Both the position numbers and the translations under genes were made by a program. From positions 68,696,001 to 68,760,000 of the forward strand of contig NC_043001.1 of assembly GCF_006345805.1 (NCBI RefSeq): 64,000 nucleotides of DNA. Direction: 5' to 3'. Positions 12,466-26,421 of this stretch are shown in pieces (the stretch's first letter is position 1; each line of letters opens with the position of its first letter). The DNA is from Octopus sinensis (taxonomy: Eukaryota). The notes under the pieces are model-generated. The model had not been told where the DNA came from, did not search any database, and saw only the letters and a program-made list of their open reading frames with translations.

Positions 12466-13435
12466 TAAAGTTGAAAAAGTGTGACACACTGACATTCACA
12501 TTTATTATATTAGATATGTTTAATTTTGGGGATACTTTATTTCAATTAAAGGGTATTTTATGTTTGTTTGTTTGTTTCTATGTATGTATGTATTAAATAA
12601 ACCAAAAATGATAGTGTTCAGTATGTTGGCGACAGGAATTTGTGGCAAAGAGACATGGTTAAAGAAAGTTGTACATCATCTTACTCTTTCTCTCACATAC
12701 CCACTCTTTCTCTCTTGTATTATTACTGCCCCTATCAACACTACTACTTTTAAAAGATCATCAAATCTCCCTAAATTTCTTTGTCTCTTCGCTCCCTCTC
12801 TTTTCTTTCTTTCTTTCTTCTTTCTTTCTTTCTTTCTTCTTTCTTTCTTTCTTTCTTCTTTCTTTCTTTCTTTCTTCTTTCTTTCACTCTCACTCTCTTC
12901 GCTACCTCGTCACCGTTTCTATACCCCTACTATTACTATTAGTTTTTGCATTTATTATATTATATTATATAATATTATATACTATATTATATATTATATT
13001 ATATTATATATATACAGACACACACACACACACATACATATATATATTTATATATTCAGCACTACCTACTTCATATACGCCTCTATCACTCTCCGTATAC
13101 GGATTATCCCCACCACCAGTATCACTACTACCATTTTCATATAGGTATCAACATCATCATTATTTATGTCTATAAATAGTTCGCCAGTATAATAAGAAAC
13201 TGCAGTTGAATAATCAAAATGGTAACGTTAGTTAAAATAGAATATAGTATTTTAATGTAAACAGAGTGAAACCTTGCAAATAAATCTAGCAAAACGTATT
13301 TACATGTACGTATAAACAACTACGTTTCTCTTGAAGATGTGTCTGTAAATATATACAGACTTGTTTCTTTCTTCAAAACTATACCTCATCCAAATGCATA
13401 AAAGTATGCATAGGTGTGTATGGTGTATACACAAG

Positions 13436-13505
<70 letters not shown>

Positions 13506-13506
13506 C

Positions 13507-13537
<31 letters not shown>

Positions 13538-13924
13538 AAGAGAGAGAGGAGGGAGAGTGAGAAAGAGAGATAAAGCAAGAAAGAGAGAGAGCAAGAAAGA
13601 GAGAGAGCAAGAAAGAGCGAGAGCAAGAAAGAGAGAGAGCAAGAAAGAGAAAGAGAGAGAGAAAGGCTTATAATCAAAACTGTACCCGTGAACCCCATTT
13701 GCACACACTAATAAAATGTATGTATGCCGATGCTTACTTTTAAGTGAAAATTACAACATACTTCAGTGTGGAGCAGGAAGGACGAATATTTTTGAAAAAT
13801 TCACAAAAGTTTAGAAGCAAACAAATTTTATTGACATCAGTGTGTATTGAATTAGCATTTGTCAACATCAAGTGTAGAAAACAAGTGGTGTCTGTTTTCG
13901 TTGATGCCTTTTTGAAGGCGTTCA

Positions 13925-15083
13925 TCGAAATTGCCTTCTACTCTCTCCAGCATTACTCTGTCGATTTGGGCGATTCCACGCGAATAGCTTCATTCAAATC
14001 GTTCAATATAGTGGCCTTATGCACATACACACGTGCTTTGGATTTCCCCACAAGAAATAATCACACATGGACAAATCAGGGGACCAAGTGTCCAAGGAAC
14101 GTCAGCAAACCTGGAAATGAGGCGATCACCGAAGAGAGGGCAAAGAAAGTCCATTGATGCTCTGGCTGTGTGGGTCGTCGCCCCATCCAGCTGAAACTAC
14201 ACACGTTGAATAGGCATACATTTTCAAGCCCAAATTCAGGCACAAAAAATGTTTATTCTCTCGATATATCGCTCGGAGTTCACAATAACAGCATTTCATT
14301 TACCGTCTTCAGAAAAGTAAGGAGAAATGACGGCAGCTTTTCCAACAGCACACCAGAACGTCACTTTTGGGCTGTGCAGTGATTATTCGTGCAGATCTCT
14401 CGGATTTTGAAGAGTCCAATAACGACAGTTCCGTTGATTTACCATGCTGTTGAGATGAAAATGAGCCCCATCACTCATTAACAAAATGAGGTTGTTATTT
14501 GCCTCAAAAATTAGTTCTAACTGACGTGTGAAGTTAAGCCGCTGTGCTTCGTCCCATGGCTTCAACTGTACCTCAAAAAACAATTTGTACGGGTAGTAAT
14601 GCAGGTTTCCATGCAAAATACGCCTTAATGATCGATTACCGATGCTAAGTTCAGTGAAATGCCTCTGAGCAGAACAATTCGGACTCCATATCAAAGTTCG
14701 TCTGACGTGTTCCACATTTTCCGGGTCCGTACTGTTTGTAACGCCCCCACCAGTCTCCTATTCATTAGTTTACCTCGTGTACGAAGTACATTCGCCCAAC
14801 GTAAGATTGTGTCACGGGTGGGAGCAACGTGATTTCGGTGAACGTTAAAGTGGCGCCGAAACTCAAGATGCATTGCTGTGGCAGACTCGTTTATTTTTCA
14901 TATAACTGTTGTAGGCAAACACGCAATGCTCTATCGTCCAACGTGCCATGGCTTCACCCAAAAAGAAAGAAAGAAAAATGCTAAGAGAACACAGACCGAA
15001 TGATACCTGTCGGACATATATCACTGCCCTTGGAGCTGAGTTATAGCGATTTCAAAAACGTCTGTTCTCTCTACCCTACCCTG
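13925..15083 (-). mobile_element. Degenerate Tc1/mariner transposon (DUF4817-like HTH, DDD-type catalytic remnants)
   Basis: FRRHFNVHRNHVAPTRDTILRW, LMSDGAHFHLNSMVNQRNCRYW; the element end is ..ccctg+TA at 15083. Confidence 0.8.
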
Positions 15084-15605
15084 TATTTGAAAGTCCTAGT
15101 AAATAGTATTAGCAAAGTATATATCTAGACAAACACTGGAAATGTTGGTGTATTTTAAATTCTATGTTAGATGCGTTTCATTAGAGGAAAACATGTAGAG
15201 AATCTCCTGACCTGTGACTATTCAGACAAAGATTCACAAATATTATATTCGAAACTTTGTCTAAGAATTTCATTTAATACTAGCTAACCTGTGTCCTCTA
15301 AACTGTAAAATTACAAAGCAAAAGCTATTCATAGTTAATAGTTATAAATTTGTGAATGGCAAAACTTCATATACATAATGGTTATTGTTAGAAGTTGGAG
15401 TAAAAGTTAACTCATGTGTTCTAGAAACACCATGTGTATTCAATCTAACACCTTCCAAAATATCTTGGAACGCTGGTCTTAGAGATTCACAATGAATATT
15501 TATCAAATGATGAACCTAGACGATTTTTTCAGACCAAGAGGCAAAACGCTCCCTGGTTTAACCACATTAGTGGGGTTTTACTTTTAAAGTCAACAATATT
15601 CATAT

Positions 15606-15690
<85 letters not shown>

Positions 15691-18249
15691 TATAGCACAT
15701 GAATATATCGTTGTATATAAATTTATTTGCAACAAACACATTACTTGTAATTAAATTGATATACTGAAATCATGCGATTTTCTTAGGCGAAAGGGAATTT
15801 GTTTTTATTATTGTTTTAGATCTCCAGACTGGGCTTCAAGCTACATTTGTATAAATATTAATATTTCCATCTGTCGTTATTTTGCTTTACTTGTTTTGCA
15901 GATGTGTCTAGAAAAAGACGAAGAGCAGTGGCGACAGCAAATATAATTTTTCCGTCGGAATAATCTTACAGAGTTGATCTTACGTAAGAATTAAGTAAAT
16001 AGCCTCATGCCGCCTTGAGTCTTTTAGAAGTAATAGAAATGACCTTTCACTTAACTTGCTAAACAATAGAAACTTAAATAGAAATTTCACGAAAATGCAA
16101 CTGAAAACCAAGAATTTGTTCTGACATTATATATATAAATATATATTTAACATTTGCAACATTTAATCCAGACTCGCTTACTTTCTACCCGTTTTTCTCC
16201 CTCTCCATCCGTTTTCTCTGATTAATCCTTCCTGTAGATGAGCATAGGCTTGAAACGTCAAAGTTTTCTTCCACGTTAAATGAGTGTCTTGCATGCACAT
16301 GTATAAAGAACATTCACTCTGTAGGGTTATTTGCGACACTCTGCTGGGGGTTAGCTCTTCCCCTCCACTCTCACCTTCCACATCATATGATATATGAACA
16401 GGACGTTGATTAATTGACCTAAGATAAAATATACTTTTCACCGATTTCATTCTTAGCCACTATAAAGCCACATTTGACGCAGACACAGAAAGCCAGTATC
16501 ATCTACTGCTTTCGGTCTATCACATTCATATGTTGCGAAAGTTTGCTAGAATCGTGTATCAGAATTCTGTGATGGCCTGTTAAAGATGGAATTTATTTCT
16601 GTCGTCTGGTTGCTTCTCTGAATCGTGCGGTCCATCGATGGCTTTCGTTATTCGTCTCTAAGAGCACGCAGTTTTGTGCACAACACAACCTCTGTGTTAT
16701 GTGTTTCAGAATTTCTCAAGGCCAATAGTAATTCCTAAAGCGACGGTTGAGATGTCATTTCCGTAAGTGTTTCACATATTGCTCAGTATCTCTGTTTTTT
16801 TTATTTCTCCCAGTCTTAGTGACTTCATGAATATCCTAGCGATACTATTTCATTTTTATCACCACCGGTTTTTAGCAATCATCCATTTGAAAAGCTGCCT
16901 ATCTCACTTAGTCACTAGTACCATTGCTCTACGCGTTTTGACTCGAGAAAATGCATTCAGATTCGAGATGCTAAGTTTATGCCAATACAAGTCGTCTAGT
17001 TCGACCGTCTGCATTACAAATCTGTGTTCTGTTTACTTGAAATTATGGACACATTAGCCAAACTCTGATTTAAATAAACATAAAAATACAACCAAGATAA
17101 TTCGATGCATTTGTTCCAGTATTCGAGAAATCCAATCGGTATTTGTCAAATAACAGGAAACGTTAAATGTTTTCGAAACTTTTGCACCAACCTATTGTAT
17201 TGTACGTCTCGACTAGATACTGGAGAGTGATTTATATGTAGCTTAACATTCTTCCACCATCATTAAAGGGCCTCATACTTCACCAAACATCAGTAGTCTC
17301 TTGAAGAAGTCTGGCCGTCCTGTATGGAAGGTGATAATGAAAGAGGTATGCGGTTAGTGGATTGGAGATCTGCTTCATTTTGTTTTCTTACTTTTCTCCT
17401 CTTTACCCATACAGCAAGGAAAGATTGCTGTTGTGTGAAGAGGAGAAAAAACTCACCATTGCATCATGAGTGGTTGCAGTTTGGGATCCCAAGGGCCAAA
17501 GGATGAACTGTGTGTATATATGTAAGCCTATTTTTGTAATTTTTCTGGCCGAGTGGGTTGCTTCTTTTGATTAACGTGACGAGGTGAGAATTCTCTTTCA
17601 AGAGTGTGGCGTAAGTTTCCGTTGTGGTTGTCATAGTGGGGCTTTATTGGTAGGCCTATGATCAAAAACACTTTGCTCTCAATATATCGCCCTTTTCCTG
17701 TATAATTTACTCTAGTTAAGTTGAAAATAGTAAGGAATCATTTCATACAGGTCTGACTGTTATTTCTAAAAATAACAGTGTGGAGGTTTTCACATTGACA
17801 TTGCTGTGCTTCAGGGGAATCAGCAATCAGTGAGTCGTTGGTCATCTGTACTCACTTCAGGTAAATTACATTGAACTTAAAACACAAAGCAATTCTAATA
17901 CACATACATTTGTCATGCAAAATTTATTTCCAATATTCAACGCATCGTAGGTAACATATAAAAGCTTGGAATACGCTGAACACACACACTTTCAAAAAGT
18001 TTGTGGTTTAGTTTAGTATCACAAACTTCTACTTGGGTGTCTTTACCAGAGTCTACACTCTTGCAATAATTTGTTAGAAGTTTTCGATCTGAGAGTCACT
18101 CGATCTCTTGATCCCATGCAGCAACGTATGAGTCATGATTCTGCTGTTTCTTCTACTTTTTTGTACACACTCATTTCAGACGCCCTGGGATTAATCGCAT
18201 GGTCATTACTTTTCTTCTTTTAACTAAGTTATAAAAATATATATTCATC

Positions 18250-18368
18250 TAAAAGGATGAAGGGTAAAAACTGACCTCGGCGGCATTTGAACTCAGAATG
18301 TAAAGACAGACGAAATGCCACTAAACACCCCTCCCGACGTGCTAACAATTCTACCAGCTCACCACCTT
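18250..18368 (-). mobile_element. SINE 5' fragment
   Basis: The reverse complement begins ggtggtgagctggtag..gttagcacg, the same family as 12252. Confidence 0.7.
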
Positions 18369-19497
18369 ATATATATTTTTATAACTTAGCTAAAAGTATA
18401 AAAATATATAAAATATATATATATGTTAAACTGATTCTAATTCATTTCTTTAATCATTAACCAGTTAACCAGTTAACTAATCGATTATTTGATTAAGCGT
18501 TCCATCACTCAATTAGTCAGTTAGGATTGTCAAAAGACCCCTTTGTCATCATATGCAACCCCATCAATGACATTCCAATGACATTCCTCTCTACCCCAAG
18601 TCTGCACAAATTATAAAAATATAAATCCATTCCCCCTGTTTCAGACAATATTATTTGTGATAGTACATGACTTTCAAGATATGGGAAGTTGTATAGTTCA
18701 ATATGACATGTTTTCTAATATTTAGACATGAACAATTCTTCTAACAGCTAATTTGGGAAATTTCAAACTATATAATCATCCAGTATACAATATATTTTCG
18801 TATAAGGGCGTCTACTTTGCCTCTCCTTTGGATATTTAAATATATCGTAAAATAAGAACTGTATCATGAAACATTGAATGTATATTATTTAAATTATACT
18901 CTATAAATAAAGGAAAACAATACAAGAAAATTTAGAAGCAACCACAGATATCGTATGCTATTCTTATATGAAAATTTCTCATTAGAATGATGGCAGAAGC
19001 AAATTAAATGACAATGTGATTACCAGCATTATAACGTCTCGAGTGCATCAACTTCCGGCGTAGAATTAAAATTAAAACCTTCTGTATTGACAAATCATGG
19101 AAGTTGATTGAATTGACATATCGATTGAAAAGTTGTTTTTTTTCTCAACAAATCATTTCAGTGGTGCGTACTGAATACTTCGAATAAATACGACATTTAT
19201 TGCGTGCTGCAATACTTCGAATAAATACGACGTTTAAATCTATTCCGATTCTTTCGCTGGTTGTTGATTCCAAATAATTTATTAGAAAATGTACATGTGT
19301 TTTATACAACTTTCACTGAAATATTTATTCGTATTTCAGCTACGAGAGTAAACGTAACATAAAAGTATCGTTGACAAAAATCATTAAAAAATTGTATAAA
19401 CACTGAAATTATTTAGGCCACCGGTAATCTGAAGATACGTTCTAAGGCTAAACCTCCGACGAGCGAGAAACCTAGGGTTACCCCATAACCCCCCCAT

Positions 19498-19538
<41 letters not shown>

Positions 19539-19791
19539 CAGGATTAAATAAAAAGAACACAACAAACGAAAGATTATATATATATATATATATGCATATA
19601 TATATATATAAATATAGGTATATATATATATATATATACCAATTAAGGACTGAACACGAAAAGTGGACAGTCAACATGCTAGATATAGACGTCAAATCGC
19701 CATTCACCACAAAAGATTATGTTCTCAGATCAAACTCAACACAAAACCATAGCAATAAACAAGTGAAAAATATACGAAATAAAATAATTAC

Positions 19792-19856
19792 CCATGTACT
19801 AAATTAGTTTCAGCTGTTATTTTCCGCAAGGAAAACTGCAGCCATCATCAGCATGG
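19792..19856 (-). ncRNA. Canonical type I hammerhead ribozyme
   Basis: ccatg-CTGATGA-tggctg..ttttcc ttgc ggaaaa..cagct-GAAA-cta att tag-TA-catgg; all three stems pair. Confidence 0.88.
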
Positions 19857-20100
19857 TCCGTTATAAATGTAATTTGCTGGACTAGATGCAAACACGATAC
19901 CGAAATATCGCGTGCATGGAGTTCAGCCTATTACATTTGAATATATCTTTCAAATGCCTTTACTTTGGCGCGTTGGAACCCGAGAAAACTAGACTGCAGC
20001 TAATAATTAGCAGCAGTTAATTTATCGGTTAGAGAACATATTTATTTATATAAAATTAATTAAGGGTAGAAATTGATATTTATCAATTAAGACCAGTGGT

Positions 20101-20174
<74 letters not shown>

Positions 20175-20533
20175 TGTATGTATGTATATGTAGATAGTAA
20201 CCACATACGTATATACGTATGCAACACACTCATACAGGCATTATCTACTCTGGTATATCATTTTGATATTTCCTATTCTCCTTTGCTAATCAGAAGAGAC
20301 TTTCAAATAGGAATCATTTTTGTGTTAGGCCACTGGTAATAACAATTTCCTATTACCCTATTGTTATTTATTATGTTTAAATATTCTTTGATAGATTTGT
20401 TCGAAATTTTTACCGGCATCCTCTCTGTCGCCGGGTATAATCTGCGTCTGCTCAGTGGTCTGAAAAGTTAGAATATACAGGCAGTTAGTTTTACATGTGG
20501 ATCTGGCGGCATGTATATTTGAAACCTAAAGGC

Positions 20534-20605
20534 TTCCCACTGATGAAGACTGGCCTTCAGCGAATATTTTTATGCTGGAAATAGTTAGAAACCATGGTCT
20601 GGGAA
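20534..20605 (+). ncRNA. Type I hammerhead ribozyme, GUC site
   Basis: ttccca-CTGATGA-agact..ttcagc..gctgga..agtta-GAAA-c catg g-TC-tgggaa. Confidence 0.85.
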
Positions 20606-20629
20606 ATAATTGAGATGGTAAACGTTTTT

Positions 20630-21057
20630 AATTTTCATTCCCTTCGAGAATTTACCCTTATTTGGTGGTTTGAGTTTTCTACTGCTCTTTCTAGCACAAG
20701 GCTTTCCTATTTGGAAGCCTCTTATTGTATTTCTATGTGAATAATATATAGTCTAATGACTAATTCGTTTTTGTGCTAGGCCACTGGTAATAATAATTTC
20801 CATTCCTTTCGAGAATTTATCCTTATTTGGTGGTTTGACTTTTCTACTGCTCTTTCTAGCACAAGGCTTTCCTATTTGGAAGCCTCTTATTGTATTTCTA
20901 TGTGAATAATATATAGTCTAATGACTAATTCGTTTTTGTGCTAGGCCACTGGTAATAATAATTTCCATTCCTTTCGAGAATTTATCCTTATTTGGTGGTT
21001 TGACTTTTCTACTGCTCTTTCTAGCACAAGGCTTTCCTATTTGGAAGCCTCTTATTG

Positions 21058-21064
<7 letters not shown>
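20630..21064 (+). repeat. 165-bp tandem repeat, about 2.6 copies
   Basis: cattcc at 20636 and 20801; gtgctaggcc at 20773 and 20938. Confidence 0.92.
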
Positions 21065-21142
<78 letters not shown>

Positions 21143-21405
21143 GGAAGCGCTTAGCTTAGTGGTTAGTATATTGAACTCATGATCGTAAGATTGTAGTTTC
21201 GATTGCTGGACCGGGTGACGCGATGTTTTCTTGAGCAAGGCACTTCATTTCACGTTACTCCAGTACTTCCAGCTGGTAGAAAGGAGTAATCCTGCGATTG
21301 ACTGGCGTCCCGTCCAGTTGGGGAATATGTATGTCTTAACACCAGGAAACCGGGAAACCTTATGAATCGGTTTCATTCGAAGAGCTAAGTTTACATTTAC
21401 CTTTA
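21143..21405 (+). mobile_element. tRNA-derived SINE (second family)
   Basis: A-box tagcttagtggttag, B-box gtttcgattgc, body cttgagcaaggcacttc, tail (tttacn)n. Confidence 0.75.
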
Positions 21406-21426
21406 TACACACACACACACCACACA

Positions 21427-21483
<57 letters not shown>

Positions 21484-24459
21484 CACACATAAACACACAC
21501 ATACACACACATATAGTATAGAGGTTTAGTCCGCAAGTGACCTAAACGATTAGGTATGCCATGTAAGTACTCTAACGGATTACTAGGGGTCCAAGGTTGT
21601 AGCCGAGACAGTAGTTATGGAGCCATTGTAGATTTCCGATATAGTGGATTGGAAATCCAAATGTAATGAACATTATTTTAAAGCTGTTTCTACTATAAGA
21701 TGTGGTTGAATATGAAGTGCGCTTTATTTGGGTAAGTTACCTTTTCAGAACATACAGGCGTTATGATTAAGAAAGTTTAGTTATGAAAAGTTCTATCCAA
21801 GGAGAGAAAAAAAAGTATGCAAATATCCGCATGCACTTAGGCTAGAGTTAAAAGGGAAATATATGGGTAGATGCGCAAACTCATTCATATGCATATATAT
21901 AGACACACACATGTATAGACACACATATGCACACACACATACACACACATACACACACACTCACACACACACACACGCGAAGATAAATGTATTCGGAAAA
22001 ACAATCACATATACAGAGCAGAGATAGGTGATTTGCGTTTTTACCTATATAGTCATACGTGTGTGGTTTAAGTACTCATATATGTCCGCCACCACAGTTG
22101 TTGGAGAACAAGAAGGGGAGAACAAGAAGTTTGTAAGGAACAGGAAGGGAGAACAAGAAATTTGTAAGGCCATTGAGATTGTTTAGACATAAGACATGAA
22201 TCGTAGACTATTGGGGTAAGTATTGGTCACCCCAGTGCTTAGGCTTTTTATTTTTAGTTTTTGCCTTGGGATGTGCGTCCGTTCGTGTAGCTTGACATTT
22301 TATACACGAACTAAACAGAGGTCTAATCAAGGAAATCTGAATGTTTATACACATATGTACACATACGCACACGCACACACACACACAGACACAAACTCTC
22401 TCTCTCTCTCTCTCCCTCACCCCGCCAATTTAAACATACAACCGAAAGAGCTACTAATAGATTCATTTTATCATGATACTTGAACCGTATAGGTATATGT
22501 GTGTGCGTGTGTGTAAACGTATAAATATCTGTATATGTGTATGCGTGTATGTGTTCGCATATATAAATATTTGTGTGAATCTGTACACATCTTTATATTT
22601 TTTCTCTGATTCATAGCTTGAAATTAATATATAGATACCATGTTTATCTTTCCAGTTATTCCATACGTAAATGCCCTGAGACGTCTTCATAGAAACCACC
22701 TAATAAGTAATTAAGTACATGAATGAATAGTAAACTGATCCTATATAGTCTTTCCTTTTTAATGCTTATAATTGATACATACTCACATTTTACCTATTTG
22801 GGTTATGATAAATTTTATTTTTATACAACATAACAATATTGTTTATAAACAATCACCCATAGTGCCCCAAGATAAAATTTCCTCTGTATTATCATCCTAG
22901 GTTTCTTTGCGTATTGCACCTTTAACTGGTAATTAACATCATGATTTAAAGTCTTCTCCTACCCAGCCTCTCTTTATAGAGAGCTACTTTACATCCAATT
23001 GACTACTAGTATCTTCTTTCCTCCCCTAGGAAAAGGGATACATATGATAATATTTATGACAATATCTAGCCATGAGCTGTCAACTCACTCTTGCCCTTTA
23101 TTCAACAGAGATACAGTCTTCTGGTCTTAGATTTAGTAGTTGATAAAGAGATAAATGAATTAGAAATAAATTACAGTCCTTTACAATGTTATGACCCCGA
23201 TGGGCTTCATGCGATTCATGGAAGTGTAGTCTATTCTTAGCCAAAATAGCGACATGATTTTCTTCCATCTTCTTGCACAGTTAACGTATTTGAGAAAAAT
23301 CTATATTAATGTGTCCGACTGGTTAAAATTCTATTTATTTGTGCATCTGAAGATGGCGCTGCATTTAAATTCATGTAATGATTGCATTCTTCAATTAAAT
23401 GGAGCCGCGTGAAACAGTCGTACAGCATCACTGCTTGATAACCTGTTGGTTATTTTGATTATATATATATATATATGTATGTATGCATATATATTTACAT
23501 ATAAACATGCATACATGCACATATACACAACATGCATCTATACATGCATATATACATATATACATAGAAATACATTCACATATCCATATACTTACATGTA
23601 CACACACGCACACGCACACTCACACACACACACACACACGTATATATATATATATTTATACATATATGAGCGTAGACAAAGGCACACAGAACATTGTCAT
23701 TCCACGATTGCATTTTTAAAATATACATTTCCCTTCACTTTTTAACGCGATCATATGTGATTTTAGGATGGTTCTGTTGTTACTTTGAACAGTTAAGTGA
23801 TAGTGTGGATTTGTGTTCCATTGGTTAGTAAAAATAAACCTCTGTTGAAATCACATGCCATTGTTTTAGGTGACTGCGTTGAGTGAATTTTTACTCTAGT
23901 ATTTACATATTAATAACTGTGTCCTAGATTTGGGATCTTCATGGCCGTTATACTAACTTTCAAGTGATTTTAGTTCTAGCTACGTATTTTCTATGTTAGT
24001 TGATTGAAAAGTTTTCTTATAATTTTCAGTTGTGTTTTGATCTGCATTTAATAAAGTTTTGTGGTTCCATTCTCTTAAATTTTTTCTTTATAGATATGGT
24101 ATATTTTAGATATTTTTGATTTGTCATCCTAACATTGTTTGAGTCTAAGGAAAACTTTTTTGTCTTTTCGATATTCATCTGCACCCTACGTATGTATGTC
24201 ACTGTTCCGTTTTATATCAATATTTCTTGCCAATAGAGAAAGAGCCGGTTTCTAACTTAGATCCAAGACTCCGTCATTGGAATTCTAACGTCAACAGCAA
24301 CTTTTCTATGTATGTATGTAGGTAGGTAGGTATATGTATGTATGTGTGGGTATGTATGCATATGTGCAGATTTTTATGTTTTGTTTTATGTATGTATTCT
24401 CATTCATATAGTTGCATATCTAGACATGCTCATATATATTTTAAAATGATAAACGTCTG

Positions 24460-25035
24460 GAAAGTATTACAGATATTTACAGTTCCAGTGATGGATTGGG
24501 TCTTTCGACTTCGAATTTCTCGGGATTGGTAATTAGGTGGAGTGTTACATCTCCCAGAGCCCCAATAATTACAGGTATAAACCTGAACTTGTAATGTGGA
24601 TAGAGTAACTGCAGATTTCTCAGTAGTTCAGCGTAGATATTTTCTTTTTCACTGTTAACATCCGCTGGACAGCTAATTTCCACAACTGTACACAGTTTAT
24701 CTTCTCTATCCCAAATCAATATATCAGGTCTGATGTGCATACATTTTATTGAGGTCTTCTCTGGGATATTTCACTGGATATTCTACCAGTACTCCTTTTT
24801 AATATGAGTGACTATGGCTTCTATCATATTGTGGGTTCTTATTTCTTTGTCCTCGGGCTTATCCTTCCGACGAATTGCATTATAGAGTATCCTAGCTAAA
24901 ATATCATGTCTTGTCAGTAGATAATACCATGATGACATTTTTGAACAACTCCTTATAATGTGGGTAATATCTTCGGTGTTAACTCCACAAATTCTGCATC
25001 GGTTGTCACATTTTATTGCATTTCCTGCATCTCTA
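24460..25035 (-). mobile_element. R4/R2-group LINE C-terminal fragment (CCHC + restriction-like endonuclease)
   Basis: CRICGVNTEDITHIIRSC, RHD, RPDILIWD..VVEISCP, PVIIGALG. Confidence 0.85.
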
Positions 25036-25669
25036 TCCCTGCATATATAAGCATGTGCGTGTATGCGTGTACGTATGCATATATATACATAAGTATATGC
25101 ACACATGTATAGATATATACACTCACATACACGCTCACACACTCACATACACTCACACACACACACACACACACACACACGCGCGCACATGCGCACACGT
25201 ACAGATATACTGAACCGTTGTCCCAATAGAAGAATGCCAGTATTCTCTGTTTAAACGGTTCTAGGAAGAAAGATTAATGAGTTAATGAGTTAGAAATTAT
25301 GAACGAGAGTTGCGTGGATTAATAATTGTAACTGGTGACACTAACAAAATACTGTAGAACTAGAACTTTTACTGAGGAGTTATTTACTTAAGTATGGCGA
25401 TTTATACTGGGACAGTGTAGAAGCAAAAATTGTCGAATCAAATAAAGACCGAATGTTACATGCGAGTTCTCAGGAAGGAAATACTTGGAGGTAGAAGTAG
25501 AACAGGGACATTATAACTACACACACACACACACATGCACACACAGAAACACTCAAACACACACACACGCACACACACACATTCACACAAACACACACAC
25601 ACACATGCACACACACACACATGCACACACACACACGCACAAACGCACACACACACAAACACACACACA

Positions 25670-25717
<48 letters not shown>

Positions 25718-26421
25718 GAGTGTAATTTGATGAATTAAAGCGTTTGGTTCCTCCCATCGCCAAGATGCTTTTGCTTTTCAGCATATAGATGTTTAAATAT
25801 ATGATCCTTTAGTCTATGTGGTCTAATAACAGAACATCTAGTTTTTGGGAGAGCATTACATTATACTATTTCCAGGGATGCGATATTAATATATATATAA
25901 TTGTCTACATTGTTAGAAATATGCTCTAATGCTGCAGTTAACGCACATGAATGAAAACATACGTTTTAACAGTGACCTGAATCATCCGAAAAAGTCTGAT
26001 CGAGAATTCTTAATACTGACATCAGTTTTTGGCAATTTCCGTTGCTTCATTAGTTAAGTCCGTTCGATCTTCGTTATTTTCCAAACTTGCTTCACTATTG
26101 GTATATATGTTTTTGTCATCTAAATTAACGGAAAATTTAGCGATTCACTAATGTGTATACATAAAATTAATATAAACAGCAGGTTACAATGTTTTACTAA
26201 ACAGGGTGAATGATAATTGTCTCTAAATGTGACTTTTGTCTTATCCTCGCACACGTTCGTTAGCCTTTTCCTGTAGCTCCCGTTGATAATGGTGGTCTTG
26301 GTTTTAATTAGCGTGAAACTACTAAGTCGTCTCGGAAACCAACAGATGAAAAAATCCTTGTATCGTGCTTTTGTTTCGTCTAGTTTTCCTTTCTCTGTCT
26401 AACTTTCGAAATATATATATG

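Noticed and set aside
11140-13440. Inverted pair 11145-11300 / 13295-13440 as TIRs of one large element
   Set aside because: The copies are diverged, lack a TSD and enclose unrelated repeats; more likely two independent copies.
20630-21064. Possible CRISPR-like array
   Set aside because: Whole 165-bp units repeat with no unique spacers, in a eukaryotic context.
24235-24285. HHR-like gaaaccggctc hairpin on minus
   Set aside because: The core reads ATGACGG and stem I does not pair; cannot be supported.
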